DNA from: Limisphaerales bacterium
GTDB lineage: Bacteria; Verrucomicrobiota; Verrucomicrobiia; Limisphaerales; JAKEEH01
NCBI GenBank assembly: GCA_022616725.1
Contig: JAKEEH010000149.1
Coordinates: forward strand, 4,664-68,663
Length of the DNA stretch: 64,000 nucleotides
Reading direction: 5' to 3'
The notes under the pieces were generated by a model. The model saw only the letters and a program-made list of their open reading frames with translations, was not told where the DNA came from and did not search any database. A program made the translations under genes and the position numbers. Positions 33,229-42,850 of this stretch are shown piece after piece. Numbering within the stretch: the stretch's first letter is position 1; each line of letters opens with the position of its first letter.

Positions 33229-34043
33229 GATTCCATCCTCAGTGGTGGTTAACTCTGCCCTGCCTGCTTGGGATGGCCTGGGCCGGCGAGCGCGCGTGGA
33301 CGAGGTCGCATCGCGCCGGCCTCTGCAACGCCGAATACGAACCACCTCCCGCCGGCATGGTATTCGTGGCAGCCGGCGAGTTCTGGATGGGCAGCGACGA
33401 CGCGAGCGCCGAGCCGGACGAACGACCGCTCCGAAGAGTCTTCGTGCCCGCTTTCTACATCGACAAGTTCGAGGTCACCAACCGTCGCTACAAAGAATTC
33501 AAGAGGAACCATCAATATCCGCCGGGCGAAGATGATTTGCCGGTTACTTTCGTCTTCAAACACGAAGCGGAAGAGTTCTGCCGCTGGGCCGGCAAACGAC
33601 TGCCGACCAGCGCCGAGTGGGAGAAAGCTGCACGCGGCACGGGTGGCCAGCACTACCCCTGGGGCGATAAATTTCAAGCGCGCTGCGCGAACATTTCCTG
33701 GGCGGCCCAGGGCGATGGGATCAACGCCGTCAAACGCAAGCCGCCAGCCAGTGCGAGCGGCAAGCTTCCGCCCGGGAGTTTGCCATTGGGCGTCAGCCCA
33801 TATGGCTGCCACGATATGGCGGGCAATGTCTGGGAATGGGTAAGTGACATTTGGTTTGACCGAAACATTCTCGGTTTCAAACAAGCCACCGAAGGCCGCG
33901 GAATCCTCCGCGGCGGCGCTTACAATTACAGTCCGCTCCAGGCGCGAACGTCGTATCAGGGATTCGAGGCGCTCGGCGCAACTTGTCACGACGTGGGATT
34001 TCGCTGCGCCATGACCGCGATTCCAAAACGGATGCGGCGTTGA
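33225..34043 (+). CDS. FGE-sulfatase (SUMF1/EgtB/PvdO) domain protein
   Basis: ATGA overlap with the upstream gene. GEFWMGSDD...ERPLRRVFVPAFYIDKFEVTNRRYKEF, LPTSAEWEKAARG, GNVWEWVSD, RGGAYNY...GFRCA. The CxxxxC catalytic pair of bona fide formylglycine-generating enzymes is not evident. Confidence 0.85.
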   Translation: MRFHPQWWLTLPCLLGMAWAGERAWTRSHRAGLCNAEYEPPPAGMVFVAAGEFWMGSDDASAEPDERPLRRVFVPAFYIDKFEVTNRRYKEFKRNHQYPPGEDDLPVTFVFKHEAEEFCRWAGKRLPTSAEWEKAARGTGGQHYPWGDKFQARCANISWAAQGDGINAVKRKPPASASGKLPPGSLPLGVSPYGCHDMAGNVWEWVSDIWFDRNILGFKQATEGRGILRGGAYNYSPLQARTSYQGFEALGATCHDVGFRCAMTAIPKRMRR

Positions 34044-34127
34044 ATTTCACGGAATGGCGGAGTTTTTGAGCTTTGATTGGAGCGGGTGAAGGTGGTAAGC
34101 AGGGATGGCAGCCCGTAGGCCGTTTTG

Positions 34128-37022
34128 ATGAACTCTCGCCAGCCAAAAGCCGAAGTCGAACGACCGGAGTCTTCCGGGAAAGCGGGGCTCGATATCACCG
34201 AACCGCTTCCGCGACAGAATCAGGATTTCAAGACGCGCCTTATTGAAGCCAGCCAGGATTGCATTAAGGTGCTCGATCTGGATGGCCGCCTGCTTTCGAT
34301 GAACGCCGGGGGGATGAAGCTGCTGGAAATCTGCGATTTCGAACCGCTGCGCGGCACCCGATGGGCTGATTTTTGGCACGGCGAAGATGACGCAGCGTGC
34401 GAAGCAGCCCTCGTAACGGCGCGGCGTGGAGACGTAGGGCGCTTCGTCGGTTTCTTTCCGACGAAGCAGACCCGCAAACCGCTCTGGTTCGATGTCGTGG
34501 TCAGCGCGATCCTTGGCGCCGACGGCAAGCCGGAGAAGTTGCTCGCGGTCTTGCGCGATGTTACAGAGTGGAAGCGGTCGCAAGAGCTGCTCGGCGCCAT
34601 CATAGAGGGCACCTCCGGCGTCACCGGCACCGCTTTCTTCAGGTCGCTCGTGCAACATCTCGCGAGTGGTTTGCACGTCCGCTGGGCCTTCGTGGCCGAG
34701 TGTCTCCCCAATCGCCGAGCCCGGTCACTCGCTTTTTGGGAGGACGGTGCTTTCGGTGTCGATTTCGATTACGATCTAGCCGGCACGCCCTGCATGGAAG
34801 TCGCCAAAGGCAGGACGTGCCACGTCCCCGACCGGCTGGCGGAGCTTTTTCCCGAAGACAAAGGCATGATCGCAATGGGCACGGTCAGCTACCTTGGTGT
34901 GCCTCTGCTCAATTCCGAGAAACGGATCATCGGGCACCTCGTTGTTTTCGACGACAAGCCCATGCCCCGTGACGCGCTGATGCTCTCCGTCATGGAGACG
35001 TTCGCGGCCCGTGCCGGTGCCGAGTTGGAACGCCAGCAGGCCGAGGGGGAGCTGCGCCAGCTCACGACCGAAATGGAAGCAGTCCTCAATGTCAACCGCG
35101 CCGTCGGTCAGCACCTCGACCGGGACGAACTCTTCGGCGCGCTGGCGTACTGCCTGCGCCGGGTAATCCATCATGACCGTTTTGGCATTGAATTGCCCAT
35201 CGAAGGCGACCGCCTGCAAGGGCACTTGCTCACGCCCAGTGGCGCCGGCGCGCAGCCGACCCGCGTCAAGGTGCTCCCGCGGAAGGGCACGGCCTGCAAT
35301 TGGGTGCTGGAGAACAAGCAATGGCTCATCTCAGCCGCGCGCGACGAACTGCGCGAACGCTTTCCCCTGACGGTTGAAGTGATGAGCCACGAAGGCATGG
35401 AATCGCTGGCTGCGATGCCTCTGGCGACGGGCGATCGCGTCCGCGGCGTCCTGTACTTTATGGCAGCGGCGCGCGGCGCCTATACGCAGGTGCGGCGCGG
35501 GTTGGTCGAGCAAGTCGCGGCGGCCGTGGCGGCCGCTCTGGACAACTGTCTGGCTCACGAAGAACTGCGGCAACAGTCCAAACAGGCCCTGGCCGAAAGC
35601 GAAGAACGCTTTCGTGATCTCTTCGACGAGGCCCCGATTGCCTACGTGCATGAAGGCCTCGATACCCGTTTCATTCGCGCCAACCACACCGCGATGCGCA
35701 TTCTGGGCATTAAGCCCGAAGAGATCGCCGGCACCTATGGGAAGTCCTTTGTTCCCGATACCCCAGAAGCCCAGCGCCGCGTGCGCGAAGCCCTGGAGTC
35801 CATCGGGAAAGGCACGGATACCCGCGGCGTGGTCCTCGAATTGCGGCGTAAAGATAACGGCAAACCCATTTGGATTCAGTGGTGGTCCAGGCCGGACCCC
35901 AGCGGCACATATACCCGCACGATGTTCATCGACATCACCGATCGCGTGCTCATGGAGCAGGAGAAAGCTCGCCTCGAAGCCCAGAACACCTATCTCCAGG
36001 AAGAAATCCGGACCGAACACAATTTCGATGAAATCGTCGGCAACAGCCCGTCCCTGCTCGGAGTCCTTCGCCAGGTCGATCAGGTCGCGCCCACCGATTC
36101 GACCGTGCTCATCCTCGGCGAAACCGGAACAGGCAAGGAATTGATCGCCCGAGCGATTCACGACCGGAGTCCCCGCAAACGCCGCCCACTGGTCAAGGTG
36201 AACTGCGGGGCCATTAGCGCGGGCCTCGTCGAGAGTGAGTTGTTTGGGCACGTCAAAGGCGCGTTTACCGGCGCGCTGACCCAGCGTGAGGGCCGCTTTA
36301 AGCTCGCCGATGGCGGGACGATTTTCTTGGATGAAGTCGCCGAACTGCCGCTCGACACCCAGGTGAAGCTCCTGCGTGTTTTGCAGGAGCAGGAGTTCGA
36401 GCCCGTAGGCAGCAGCGAGACGGTCCGCGTCAGCGTGCGTGTCATCGCCGCCACGAACCGCGACCTCCGCGCCGCCGTCGGCCAGGGAAAATTTCGTAGC
36501 GACCTCTACTACCGTCTCAGCGTCTTTCCTCTCCACAACCCACCGCTGCGTGACCGCTCCGGCGACGTGCCGCTCCTGGTAATGTTCTTTCTCCAGCGCT
36601 TCGCCAGAAAGCTGGGCCGCCCCGTCAAATACATTTCCGAACAGACCATGGCCCGTCTCACCGCCTATGGCTGGCCTGGCAACATCCGCGAACTGCAGAA
36701 TGTCATCGAGCGTGCCGTCGTCCTCTCGACCGGGTCCGTTCTCAACCTGGGTGATGACTTCCAGATTACCGATCACCCCCCGGCGACCCTTGATCACTCC
36801 TTAGTAATCACGGATCACTCTTCGGCGAATACTCCTCGGCACGCGCCCCCGGGTGACTCCCTCCGGGACGTCGAGCGACACCATATCGAGTCGATTCTCA
36901 AGGAAACCAACTGGATGATCGAAGGCGAGCGGGGCGCCGCTAAAATCTTGAACTTGCACCCTAGCACCTTGCGCAGCCGCATGCAAAAACTCGGCATCCG
37001 ACGCCCGCCGAAGCCCGTTTGA
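34128..37022 (+). CDS. Sigma-54-dependent transcriptional activator (PAS-GAF-GAF-PAS-AAA+-Fis HTH)
   Basis: About 964 aa. AAA+ core: VLILGETGTGKELIARAIH, ESELFGHVKGAFTGA (GAFTGA loop), RVIAATNRDL, WPGNIRELQNVIERA. C-terminal HTH: AAKILNLHPSTLRSRMQKLGI. Confidence 0.9.
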   Translation: MNSRQPKAEVERPESSGKAGLDITEPLPRQNQDFKTRLIEASQDCIKVLDLDGRLLSMNAGGMKLLEICDFEPLRGTRWADFWHGEDDAACEAALVTARRGDVGRFVGFFPTKQTRKPLWFDVVVSAILGADGKPEKLLAVLRDVTEWKRSQELLGAIIEGTSGVTGTAFFRSLVQHLASGLHVRWAFVAECLPNRRARSLAFWEDGAFGVDFDYDLAGTPCMEVAKGRTCHVPDRLAELFPEDKGMIAMGTVSYLGVPLLNSEKRIIGHLVVFDDKPMPRDALMLSVMETFAARAGAELERQQAEGELRQLTTEMEAVLNVNRAVGQHLDRDELFGALAYCLRRVIHHDRFGIELPIEGDRLQGHLLTPSGAGAQPTRVKVLPRKGTACNWVLENKQWLISAARDELRERFPLTVEVMSHEGMESLAAMPLATGDRVRGVLYFMAAARGAYTQVRRGLVEQVAAAVAAALDNCLAHEELRQQSKQALAESEERFRDLFDEAPIAYVHEGLDTRFIRANHTAMRILGIKPEEIAGTYGKSFVPDTPEAQRRVREALESIGKGTDTRGVVLELRRKDNGKPIWIQWWSRPDPSGTYTRTMFIDITDRVLMEQEKARLEAQNTYLQEEIRTEHNFDEIVGNSPSLLGVLRQVDQVAPTDSTVLILGETGTGKELIARAIHDRSPRKRRPLVKVNCGAISAGLVESELFGHVKGAFTGALTQREGRFKLADGGTIFLDEVAELPLDTQVKLLRVLQEQEFEPVGSSETVRVSVRVIAATNRDLRAAVGQGKFRSDLYYRLSVFPLHNPPLRDRSGDVPLLVMFFLQRFARKLGRPVKYISEQTMARLTAYGWPGNIRELQNVIERAVVLSTGSVLNLGDDFQITDHPPATLDHSLVITDHSSANTPRHAPPGDSLRDVERHHIESILKETNWMIEGERGAAKILNLHPSTLRSRMQKLGIRRPPKPV

Positions 37023-37174
37023 TCACGCCATCGGTCGAAAATGCCCGTCGTTCTTGCCCATTAAATTCGACGGTCCCTCGCCCGGACAAATCAGGGGTAC
37101 GCCGGCATCCACCCGTGGCGGGGCTCACCTTCATTCGTTTGAAAGATTCCGCTTCCCCGCGCGTCGAACTTTAA

Positions 37175-37624
37175 GTGAAAACATTGCTGATCTTCACGCT
37201 GGTCGCTCTGGCGTGCAGCAGTACAGCGCGTGCAAAGGAAGAGTCGGTCGCGCTTTTCGTCCAGGCGATCGTCGGCACAAACCGCGACCAAGAGCCCGCC
37301 GGAGAAAGGTGGAAAAAGGTCGGCCCCAAACTCCGTCACGACCTCTCGCCCGTGTTCAAGTGGAAGCATTATTGGGAGGTGAGTTGCCGGAAGGTCGAAC
37401 TGAAGCCGGGAAAGCTCTTCCGAATACAGCTTACCAAAGAACGCGACCTGGAAGTTCAGATTTTCGCGGACGGGCGCTTAGAGCTGCGCATGTTTCGCGG
37501 CGGCAAACCAGTGCGAACAATGAAAGATATAGTTGCCCATCGCCGCGTCATTATGGGAGGCGACAGCAACACCGATGAAGCCTGGTTCGTGGTGGTCCGT
37601 CGTGACAAACCCTCCACCGAGTGA
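37175..37624 (+). CDS. Small secreted hypothetical protein
   Basis: 149 aa with a GTG start and signal peptide MKTLLIFTLVALACSSTARA. It lies immediately downstream of the sigma-54 activator. No recognisable domain. Confidence 0.5.
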   Translation: MKTLLIFTLVALACSSTARAKEESVALFVQAIVGTNRDQEPAGERWKKVGPKLRHDLSPVFKWKHYWEVSCRKVELKPGKLFRIQLTKERDLEVQIFADGRLELRMFRGGKPVRTMKDIVAHRRVIMGGDSNTDEAWFVVVRRDKPSTE

Positions 37625-38431
37625 TTTGACCTTTTAACCAACAGCTCTTTTAGCTCTTTTAGCGGATGGCGTTGGAAACGGGGGGTTCTGTACATAAGGC
37701 GTGTTTATGGAGTCTCAATTTCTGGCTGGAAATGGCTGGGTTTTGCTGGATTTTTCATCGGTGCGCGAATCGTCGTCCCGAGAGTCGCGCGGTGGCCGCA
37801 GGAGGTTCGCCGATGGATGCGAGCCGTTGCATCATTGAGTCGTTACATCGTCAGATCGTGAGATCGGTTGTTGTGGCGTCAGCAGGCGGAGCCGGCGCTG
37901 GGCAGGAGATTTCGTTCGGGCTCCTGCCCTGTCGGGAAATTGCTCCCGACATAAGCGGAGTATAGGGCACGATTTTCCGGTAGAATTGGCAGTGTCGGCT
38001 CTTGTCGCGACAGGAGCCGACAAGGGCCGACAAAAGATAGTTCTTGCGTATTCTGCGCAGGACGCGAGCTGGATTGTGACGGAAGGGCACGGTGCCAATG
38101 CGCGGAGAGGGCGAGTGATCGGTAAGGGCAGCGCGTGGGTTAAAAGAGTTAAGAACGTTGAATTGAATGGTTAAATCTTTCATTTGTCCTCTCTTCTGTT
38201 TTGTCCGGTGGGGTTTTAGCCCTGCCGCGGAGCTACGTCGTGGTGACGACTTACGAGACTAACGCGATGGGAGAGGCGGTTGGTGACGTATTCGGATGGG
38301 ACTCTAACGTGGCTAATAGAAGATCCGCAAAACGAGATCAGCGCCTCATTCAGACTCTATTTCGCGCCCGGGGTTAGACCGCGCAAATTTCATTGGCATT
38401 TGGCGTGTTTCACTTTTCAATCGCTGCGCTC

Positions 38432-39052
38432 ATGAGCACGCCGCCATTCCAGATTCGCCGCGCGACAATCGATGATCTGCCGCATCTCAGCGCGATGTGG
38501 AGGGCGGAGAATCTGCCGGTGGAGGACCTGGAGAAGCGGTTCAAGGAGTTTCAGGTGGCCGAAGCCAGCGGCGGGGAGATCATCGGGGCCATCGGGCTGC
38601 AGATTGCCGGGCACGAAGGGCGGTTGCACAGCGAAGTGTTTGCCCACCCGGAGCAGTCGGACATGCTGCGGCAGACGCTGTGGGAACGGGCGCAGGTGCT
38701 GGCCGGCAATCACGGGCTGGTGCGGATGTGGACGCAGTTGAACGCGCCGTTCTGGCATATGAACGGGTTCGCGGTCGCCACTGGCGAGGCGCTGTCGAAG
38801 CTGCCACCGGTGTTTGGCGCGAATCCGGAACCGTGGCGTTTCGTGCAGTTGCGGGACGAGGCCGTGTCGGCCATTTCGCTGGACAAGGAGTTCGCGATGT
38901 TTCGTGAAGCGGAGAAGGAGCGGACGGAGAAGATTTTTCGCCAGGCTCGGGTGCTGAAGATGATCGCGGCGGTGATTGCGGCGGGGGTGCTGGTGCTGGT
39001 GCTGGTGTGGGCCATTTCGTTTTTCCGCCTGCAGCAAGGATTGCGGCGCTGA
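38432..39052 (+). CDS. GNAT-family N-acetyltransferase with C-terminal membrane anchor
   Basis: Start at ATG 38432. IRRATIDDLPHLSAMW...GEIIGAIGLQIAGHEGRLHSEVF...GLVRMW... is GNAT-like. The C-terminus has a TM helix AAVIAAGVLVLVLVWAISFF. Confidence 0.7.
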   Translation: MSTPPFQIRRATIDDLPHLSAMWRAENLPVEDLEKRFKEFQVAEASGGEIIGAIGLQIAGHEGRLHSEVFAHPEQSDMLRQTLWERAQVLAGNHGLVRMWTQLNAPFWHMNGFAVATGEALSKLPPVFGANPEPWRFVQLRDEAVSAISLDKEFAMFREAEKERTEKIFRQARVLKMIAAVIAAGVLVLVLVWAISFFRLQQGLRR

Positions 39053-39056
39053 GTTT

Positions 39057-39545
39057 ATGGCGTCGGAACGTGTCAGCGCCGGGTTGGTGATGTATCGGCG
39101 GCGGAAAGGAGCGCTGGAAATTCTTTTGGCGCATCCCGGCGGACCGTACTTTGCGCGCAAAGACGAAGGACATTGGTCGATCCCGAAGGGCGAGATCGAA
39201 CCGGGGGAGGATCCGCTTCGCACGGCGATTCGGGAGTTTGAGGAGGAGGTTGGGATTGCGGTGGATCCGGCGAGTGAATTTATCGATCTCGGTTCGATCC
39301 GGCAAAAGGGTGGAAAGGTTGTTCACGCGTGGGGTGTGGAGGGCGATTGCCCGGACGGGCACTGCATCAAGAGCAATCACTTTTCGGTCGAATGGCCGCC
39401 GGGATCGGGAAAATTTCAGCAGTTTCCGGAAGTGGATCAGGCAGGATTTTTTACGCTTCCGGAGGCGAAAAAGAAGGTCAAAGCGACGCAAATCCCGCTG
39501 CTGGAGCGATTGGCGAGCGCGATTGGCGATGGCGGCGATGGCTGA
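39057..39545 (+). CDS. NUDIX hydrolase
   Basis: Start at ATG 39057. The Nudix box is GEIEPGEDPLRTAIREFEEEVGI (Gx5Ex7REUxEExGU). Confidence 0.85.
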   Translation: MASERVSAGLVMYRRRKGALEILLAHPGGPYFARKDEGHWSIPKGEIEPGEDPLRTAIREFEEEVGIAVDPASEFIDLGSIRQKGGKVVHAWGVEGDCPDGHCIKSNHFSVEWPPGSGKFQQFPEVDQAGFFTLPEAKKKVKATQIPLLERLASAIGDGGDG

Positions 39546-39552
39546 ATGCGGC

Positions 39553-39963
39553 TCAGTCCTGCGTCCAGAAGTCGATCACGAAGACGTCGGCGAGGACGGG
39601 GCCGACGAGTTTGCCGAACTCCTTGTGGTCCGGATGGACGAGGTAGGCGTCGCGATCTTTGTCGCTGTTGAAGGTGAGAATGAAACCGTGGGTAAAGCCT
39701 TTGTCGTGTTTTTCCGGGCTGACGTTGGTGCCCCACTGGTAATCTTTGATTTCCGTGATTTTCTTCTTCAAGCCGCGGAAGGCGTCTTCGACCTGTTTGA
39801 TCTGTTCCTTTGTCGCGGTGTCCTTGAATTTAAATGAGACGACGTGGAGCAACTTGCCCTTGCCCGCGCTCTTGGCGTCTTTGTCTTTCTCTTTTCCTTC
39901 GGCGGCGGGAAGGGTCAGGCAAGCGGATAAGGTGATGGCGATGAGAAGCGCGATGGTTTTCAT
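39553..39963 (-). CDS. Secreted Dabb (stress-responsive alpha/beta barrel) domain protein
   Basis: Start at the Met of MKTIALLIAITLSACLTLPAAEG. LLHVVSFKFKDTATKEQIKQVEDAF..L...I.EIKDYQWGTNVSPE...GFTHGFILTFNSDKDRDAYLVHPDHKEF is the Dabb signature. Confidence 0.8.
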   Translation of the reverse strand: MKTIALLIAITLSACLTLPAAEGKEKDKDAKSAGKGKLLHVVSFKFKDTATKEQIKQVEDAFRGLKKKITEIKDYQWGTNVSPEKHDKGFTHGFILTFNSDKDRDAYLVHPDHKEFGKLVGPVLADVFVIDFWTQD

Positions 39964-40120
39964 GATGGGACGGAGGGTAGCGCCGATGGCGGAAAGGTCA
40001 ATGCGGGGAAGGGCTGTCAAGGCCGTCCTGATCTCCGAACTCCGGTGGCCGCTGGGTTGCTGGTCAATAGCAAAGCGCCAGGGGACAGGCGCACCGCATG
40101 ACGCAAGCGCCGAGGAGCGC

Positions 40121-42850
40121 TCACAAATTCTCTCGCGCTTTGGCGGTTGCGATGTTCCGCAGCTTCAGAGAATCCGCGAAGCTGAGCGCCTGGAAGAACA
40201 GTGGATAGCCGAAGAGGCGATGGTGGAGATCCTTCAGCGTGCGAGAGGGTGGAAGCTGGGTAAGGCCGATGGTGATGTTCTCGCGGGTCACCTTGAGCGG
40301 GTAGCAACCGTGATTCTCGGCGAATCCGGGCGGCAGAATCGGGAGGAGGCGAGCGACTTCGGCCGCGTCCCAGGATTCGGCGAGGGGAACATAACAGATT
40401 TCGAGGAAGGTTTGGTGCAGTTGTTCCTCGGAAACGCGTTTGTGGAGGAGCAACCATTGAGGGAGCGGGTCCGCAACCACAGAACGCATCGTCTGTAAGT
40501 TGGGGGCGTCCTCCACTCTGATGACGTTTTTGCCGACAAGGCAGTCGAGCAGCACCTGCTCGGGATCGAGTTCGACGCCGGCATTGCGGGCGGCCGCTTC
40601 GAGTTTGCCGGGCAACTCCGCAACAAAAGTGACCTGCGCACCGAGCTTGCGCTGGAGCCAGTCGGCCATGTCGGGATGCGGCGGAGTGGCGGTGACAACG
40701 GCATCCGGAGCGATGGGCATCATGCGGTGAAGCCACCAAAAGGACGGGCCGATTTTGTAATAGAATTCCTGGTGAAGGTGAAGGCTGCCCGGCAGTGCGG
40801 GTCTGCAGCTCAAAGCGTCGGCCCAGACTTCGCGCGCCCTGGGCTCGGGCAGAGCCCCCAAATCGACGAGGACCTCGGGGAGACTGCGGTGGCTGGCGTG
40901 CTGGAGGCTGAGAGCTTCGACGAAGGAGCGGGAGTCGAGGTTGGCGGCCTGGCGAAACATTTCAGTTGATGCCGCCAGCCGAGTGACGGGCAGAAGCAGC
41001 CGCGGAAATGCTCGATCACGGGCGTAAGCAATGTTGGATGGCAACGCCAGGAAGGGCTCGATGGGCGCGCCAAGCTGCTGCGCGAGCCGCTGCAACAGAT
41101 CTGTGCCAGCCGGTTCGCGGAAGGCGACGCTGATTTTGTCGTGACGCTGCGACACGGGCAGCGCCTCAATGGCGACGGATTGGGCTTCGGGAAAGCGTTG
41201 CAGGAAAGATTGAAATACCTCGTAGGGGCTGACGTGGCGCACGGGCAGACCGGAGTGACGCGCCCAAATTTCTGTGAATTGCTTCTCCTGCAGCAGCCCC
41301 ATGCGCAAAAGGTTGAGGGGCGCGGAACCGGGCTTGCGGAGCGCCTGGAAAATCTGCTCGCGCGTGGCGAGGCCCTGTTCGATGAGCAGGTCTTCGATGC
41401 TCTTGCGGTATTCAGCCAGTTCGGCTTCGCCAGGAAAGACGTGCGCGGTTTTCACCCAGACAATGGGCTTGCCGAACCATTTGTGCGCGAGGTAGGTCCG
41501 GGTGGCGCGCATGGTGGCGGTGAAATTGATGAAGTTGTTGACAATCACGCGGGGGATGGAGAAGCACGCCTGCTTGAAGTTATAGATGGTGTAAACGCTG
41601 ATGAATTTCTGAATCGCACGATAGGCGAGCAGCCAGGTGTCGATGATCGCGATCTTCCAGAGAATCGAATCGGCCGTGAAAACCGGCGCGATAAAAAGGT
41701 GCGCCGACCATGGCGTCTTCTGGAACGCATACTGGAACAGCACGTAAGCGAGGGTGATGTAGCCGATGATGTTGATCAGGTGGGTCAGCGGTGCGCGACG
41801 GTCGCGCACGAGTGTGTAGCGCATCGGCAAGGTCCCAGCCCAGCCGGTTTGCTCCCACGTCTGAAAGGAAATGCCCAGAATCCAGCGGGACCGCTGGCGG
41901 ACGGCGGCCTTGAAGGTGTTGGGAAAATTCTCGCGGATCGCGATAACTTCGGTGATCGTCTCCGGCTTGCCGAGCGTGTCGTCCTTCCGCTTGCGCCGGA
42001 CAATGCGCTGGATGGGCACGCTGATCATTCCAGCGCGCAGGCCGGCGCGTTTGACGCGGATGCCGACTTCGTAATCCTCTGTGAGGTTGCCAATGTGGAA
42101 TGGATCTCCGCCGTTGCGGGCGATCAGCGCTTCGACCGTAGGGCGCGAGAAAACCGTGCCAACACCCGCCGACGGAACAACGCCACCCATGGTTTCGCGT
42201 ACGAACAGGTCTTTGGTGTGCAATTCGGCAAAGTCATCAACATAGGTATTCCCGGTCCAGTATTTCAGTGGGGGCAGTTCGAGGGCGAAAACCGGGATCT
42301 GTCCCATGTCGTAGAGCCGAGGCACGAAATAGTTGTAAACTTTCAGCACGAGCGGATGCATCACGTCCTCGGCGTCCTGGATGGCAATGAGCGTGTATTC
42401 GCGGACACCTGGCACTTCGTTGAGACGCATGGCGCGGTAAAGCCAGTTGAGGCAATCGGCCTTACTGGTGGGGCCGGGATGGGGAACGACGACTTTGTGG
42501 ACGCGGGGATGAACGGCGCAGATCTTGTCAACGCATTTGATTGTTTCCGGGTCGTTGGGATAAACGCCGATAAAGATGTCGTACTTCTCATAGAGAAGAA
42601 CACGGGCGGCGTATTCGGCCATTTTATTGACGATACCGCCTTCCTGCCAGGCCGGAACAAACATCGCGAGCCATTGTTCCGGAGCCAGTTGCAATTGTTT
42701 GAGTGTGACAGGCGGCGTCTTGCGCTGGCGCAGCAAGTAAACCAGGAATTGCGAGTCAAAGAAGAGGTCGTCGAGGCCGCTGATAAGGAAACCGACGACA
42801 GTGATGCAGGCGAGGATCTGAAAAATATTCTCAACGATATCCATCACCAA
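40121..42850 (-). CDS. NfrB-like family-2 glycosyltransferase (EPS synthase) with three C-terminal MshEN/T2SSE_N-like repeats
   Basis: 909 aa. It is collinear with my recollection of E. coli NfrB: ISGLDDLFFD, FVPAWQEGGIVNKM, FIGVYPNDPET, HPGPTSKADCLNW, IQDAEDVMHP, YVDDFAELHTKD, PSAGVGTVFSR, LTEDYEVGIRV, AVRQRSRWILGI. The C-terminal 400 aa form three repeats of about 120 aa of the T2SS-E N-terminal type. Confidence 0.85.
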   Translation of the reverse strand: MVMDIVENIFQILACITVVGFLISGLDDLFFDSQFLVYLLRQRKTPPVTLKQLQLAPEQWLAMFVPAWQEGGIVNKMAEYAARVLLYEKYDIFIGVYPNDPETIKCVDKICAVHPRVHKVVVPHPGPTSKADCLNWLYRAMRLNEVPGVREYTLIAIQDAEDVMHPLVLKVYNYFVPRLYDMGQIPVFALELPPLKYWTGNTYVDDFAELHTKDLFVRETMGGVVPSAGVGTVFSRPTVEALIARNGGDPFHIGNLTEDYEVGIRVKRAGLRAGMISVPIQRIVRRKRKDDTLGKPETITEVIAIRENFPNTFKAAVRQRSRWILGISFQTWEQTGWAGTLPMRYTLVRDRRAPLTHLINIIGYITLAYVLFQYAFQKTPWSAHLFIAPVFTADSILWKIAIIDTWLLAYRAIQKFISVYTIYNFKQACFSIPRVIVNNFINFTATMRATRTYLAHKWFGKPIVWVKTAHVFPGEAELAEYRKSIEDLLIEQGLATREQIFQALRKPGSAPLNLLRMGLLQEKQFTEIWARHSGLPVRHVSPYEVFQSFLQRFPEAQSVAIEALPVSQRHDKISVAFREPAGTDLLQRLAQQLGAPIEPFLALPSNIAYARDRAFPRLLLPVTRLAASTEMFRQAANLDSRSFVEALSLQHASHRSLPEVLVDLGALPEPRAREVWADALSCRPALPGSLHLHQEFYYKIGPSFWWLHRMMPIAPDAVVTATPPHPDMADWLQRKLGAQVTFVAELPGKLEAAARNAGVELDPEQVLLDCLVGKNVIRVEDAPNLQTMRSVVADPLPQWLLLHKRVSEEQLHQTFLEICYVPLAESWDAAEVARLLPILPPGFAENHGCYPLKVTRENITIGLTQLPPSRTLKDLHHRLFGYPLFFQALSFADSLKLRNIATAKARENL

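Noticed and set aside
31026-33989. Long minus-strand ORFs 31026..31928 (300 aa), 32146..33192 (348 aa) and 33249..33989 (246 aa)
   Set aside because: Each mirrors a plus-strand gene with clear family signatures (YHS, GlcG/kinase-like, FGE-fold). None has motifs of its own.
33225-34043. FGE-fold protein as the maturase of the Cys-type sulfatase at 59552..60994
   Set aside because: The conserved catalytic CxxxxC pair of formylglycine-generating enzymes is not apparent in the C-terminal region (..ATCHDVGFRCA). The gene is 25 kb away in an unrelated operon, so the link cannot be supported.
35331-36797. 488-aa ORF on the minus strand
   Set aside because: It is antisense to the sigma-54 activator AAA+ core (GAFTGA, Walker A/B present on the plus strand).
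37625-38431. Long non-coding gap as RNase P RNA, tmRNA, SRP RNA or a known riboswitch
   Set aside because: No GGAAAGUCCGGGC-type RNase P core, no tmRNA 5' GGGGCUGA or 3' UCCACCA ends, no SRP GGAAGCAGCC motif and no recognisable riboswitch core were seen on either strand. The region is kept only as an unexplained structured region.
38417-39491. Minus-strand ORFs 38417..39223 (268 aa) and 38580..39491 (303 aa)
   Set aside because: They are antisense to the GNAT and NUDIX genes. Their products are proline/arginine-rich low-complexity sequence.
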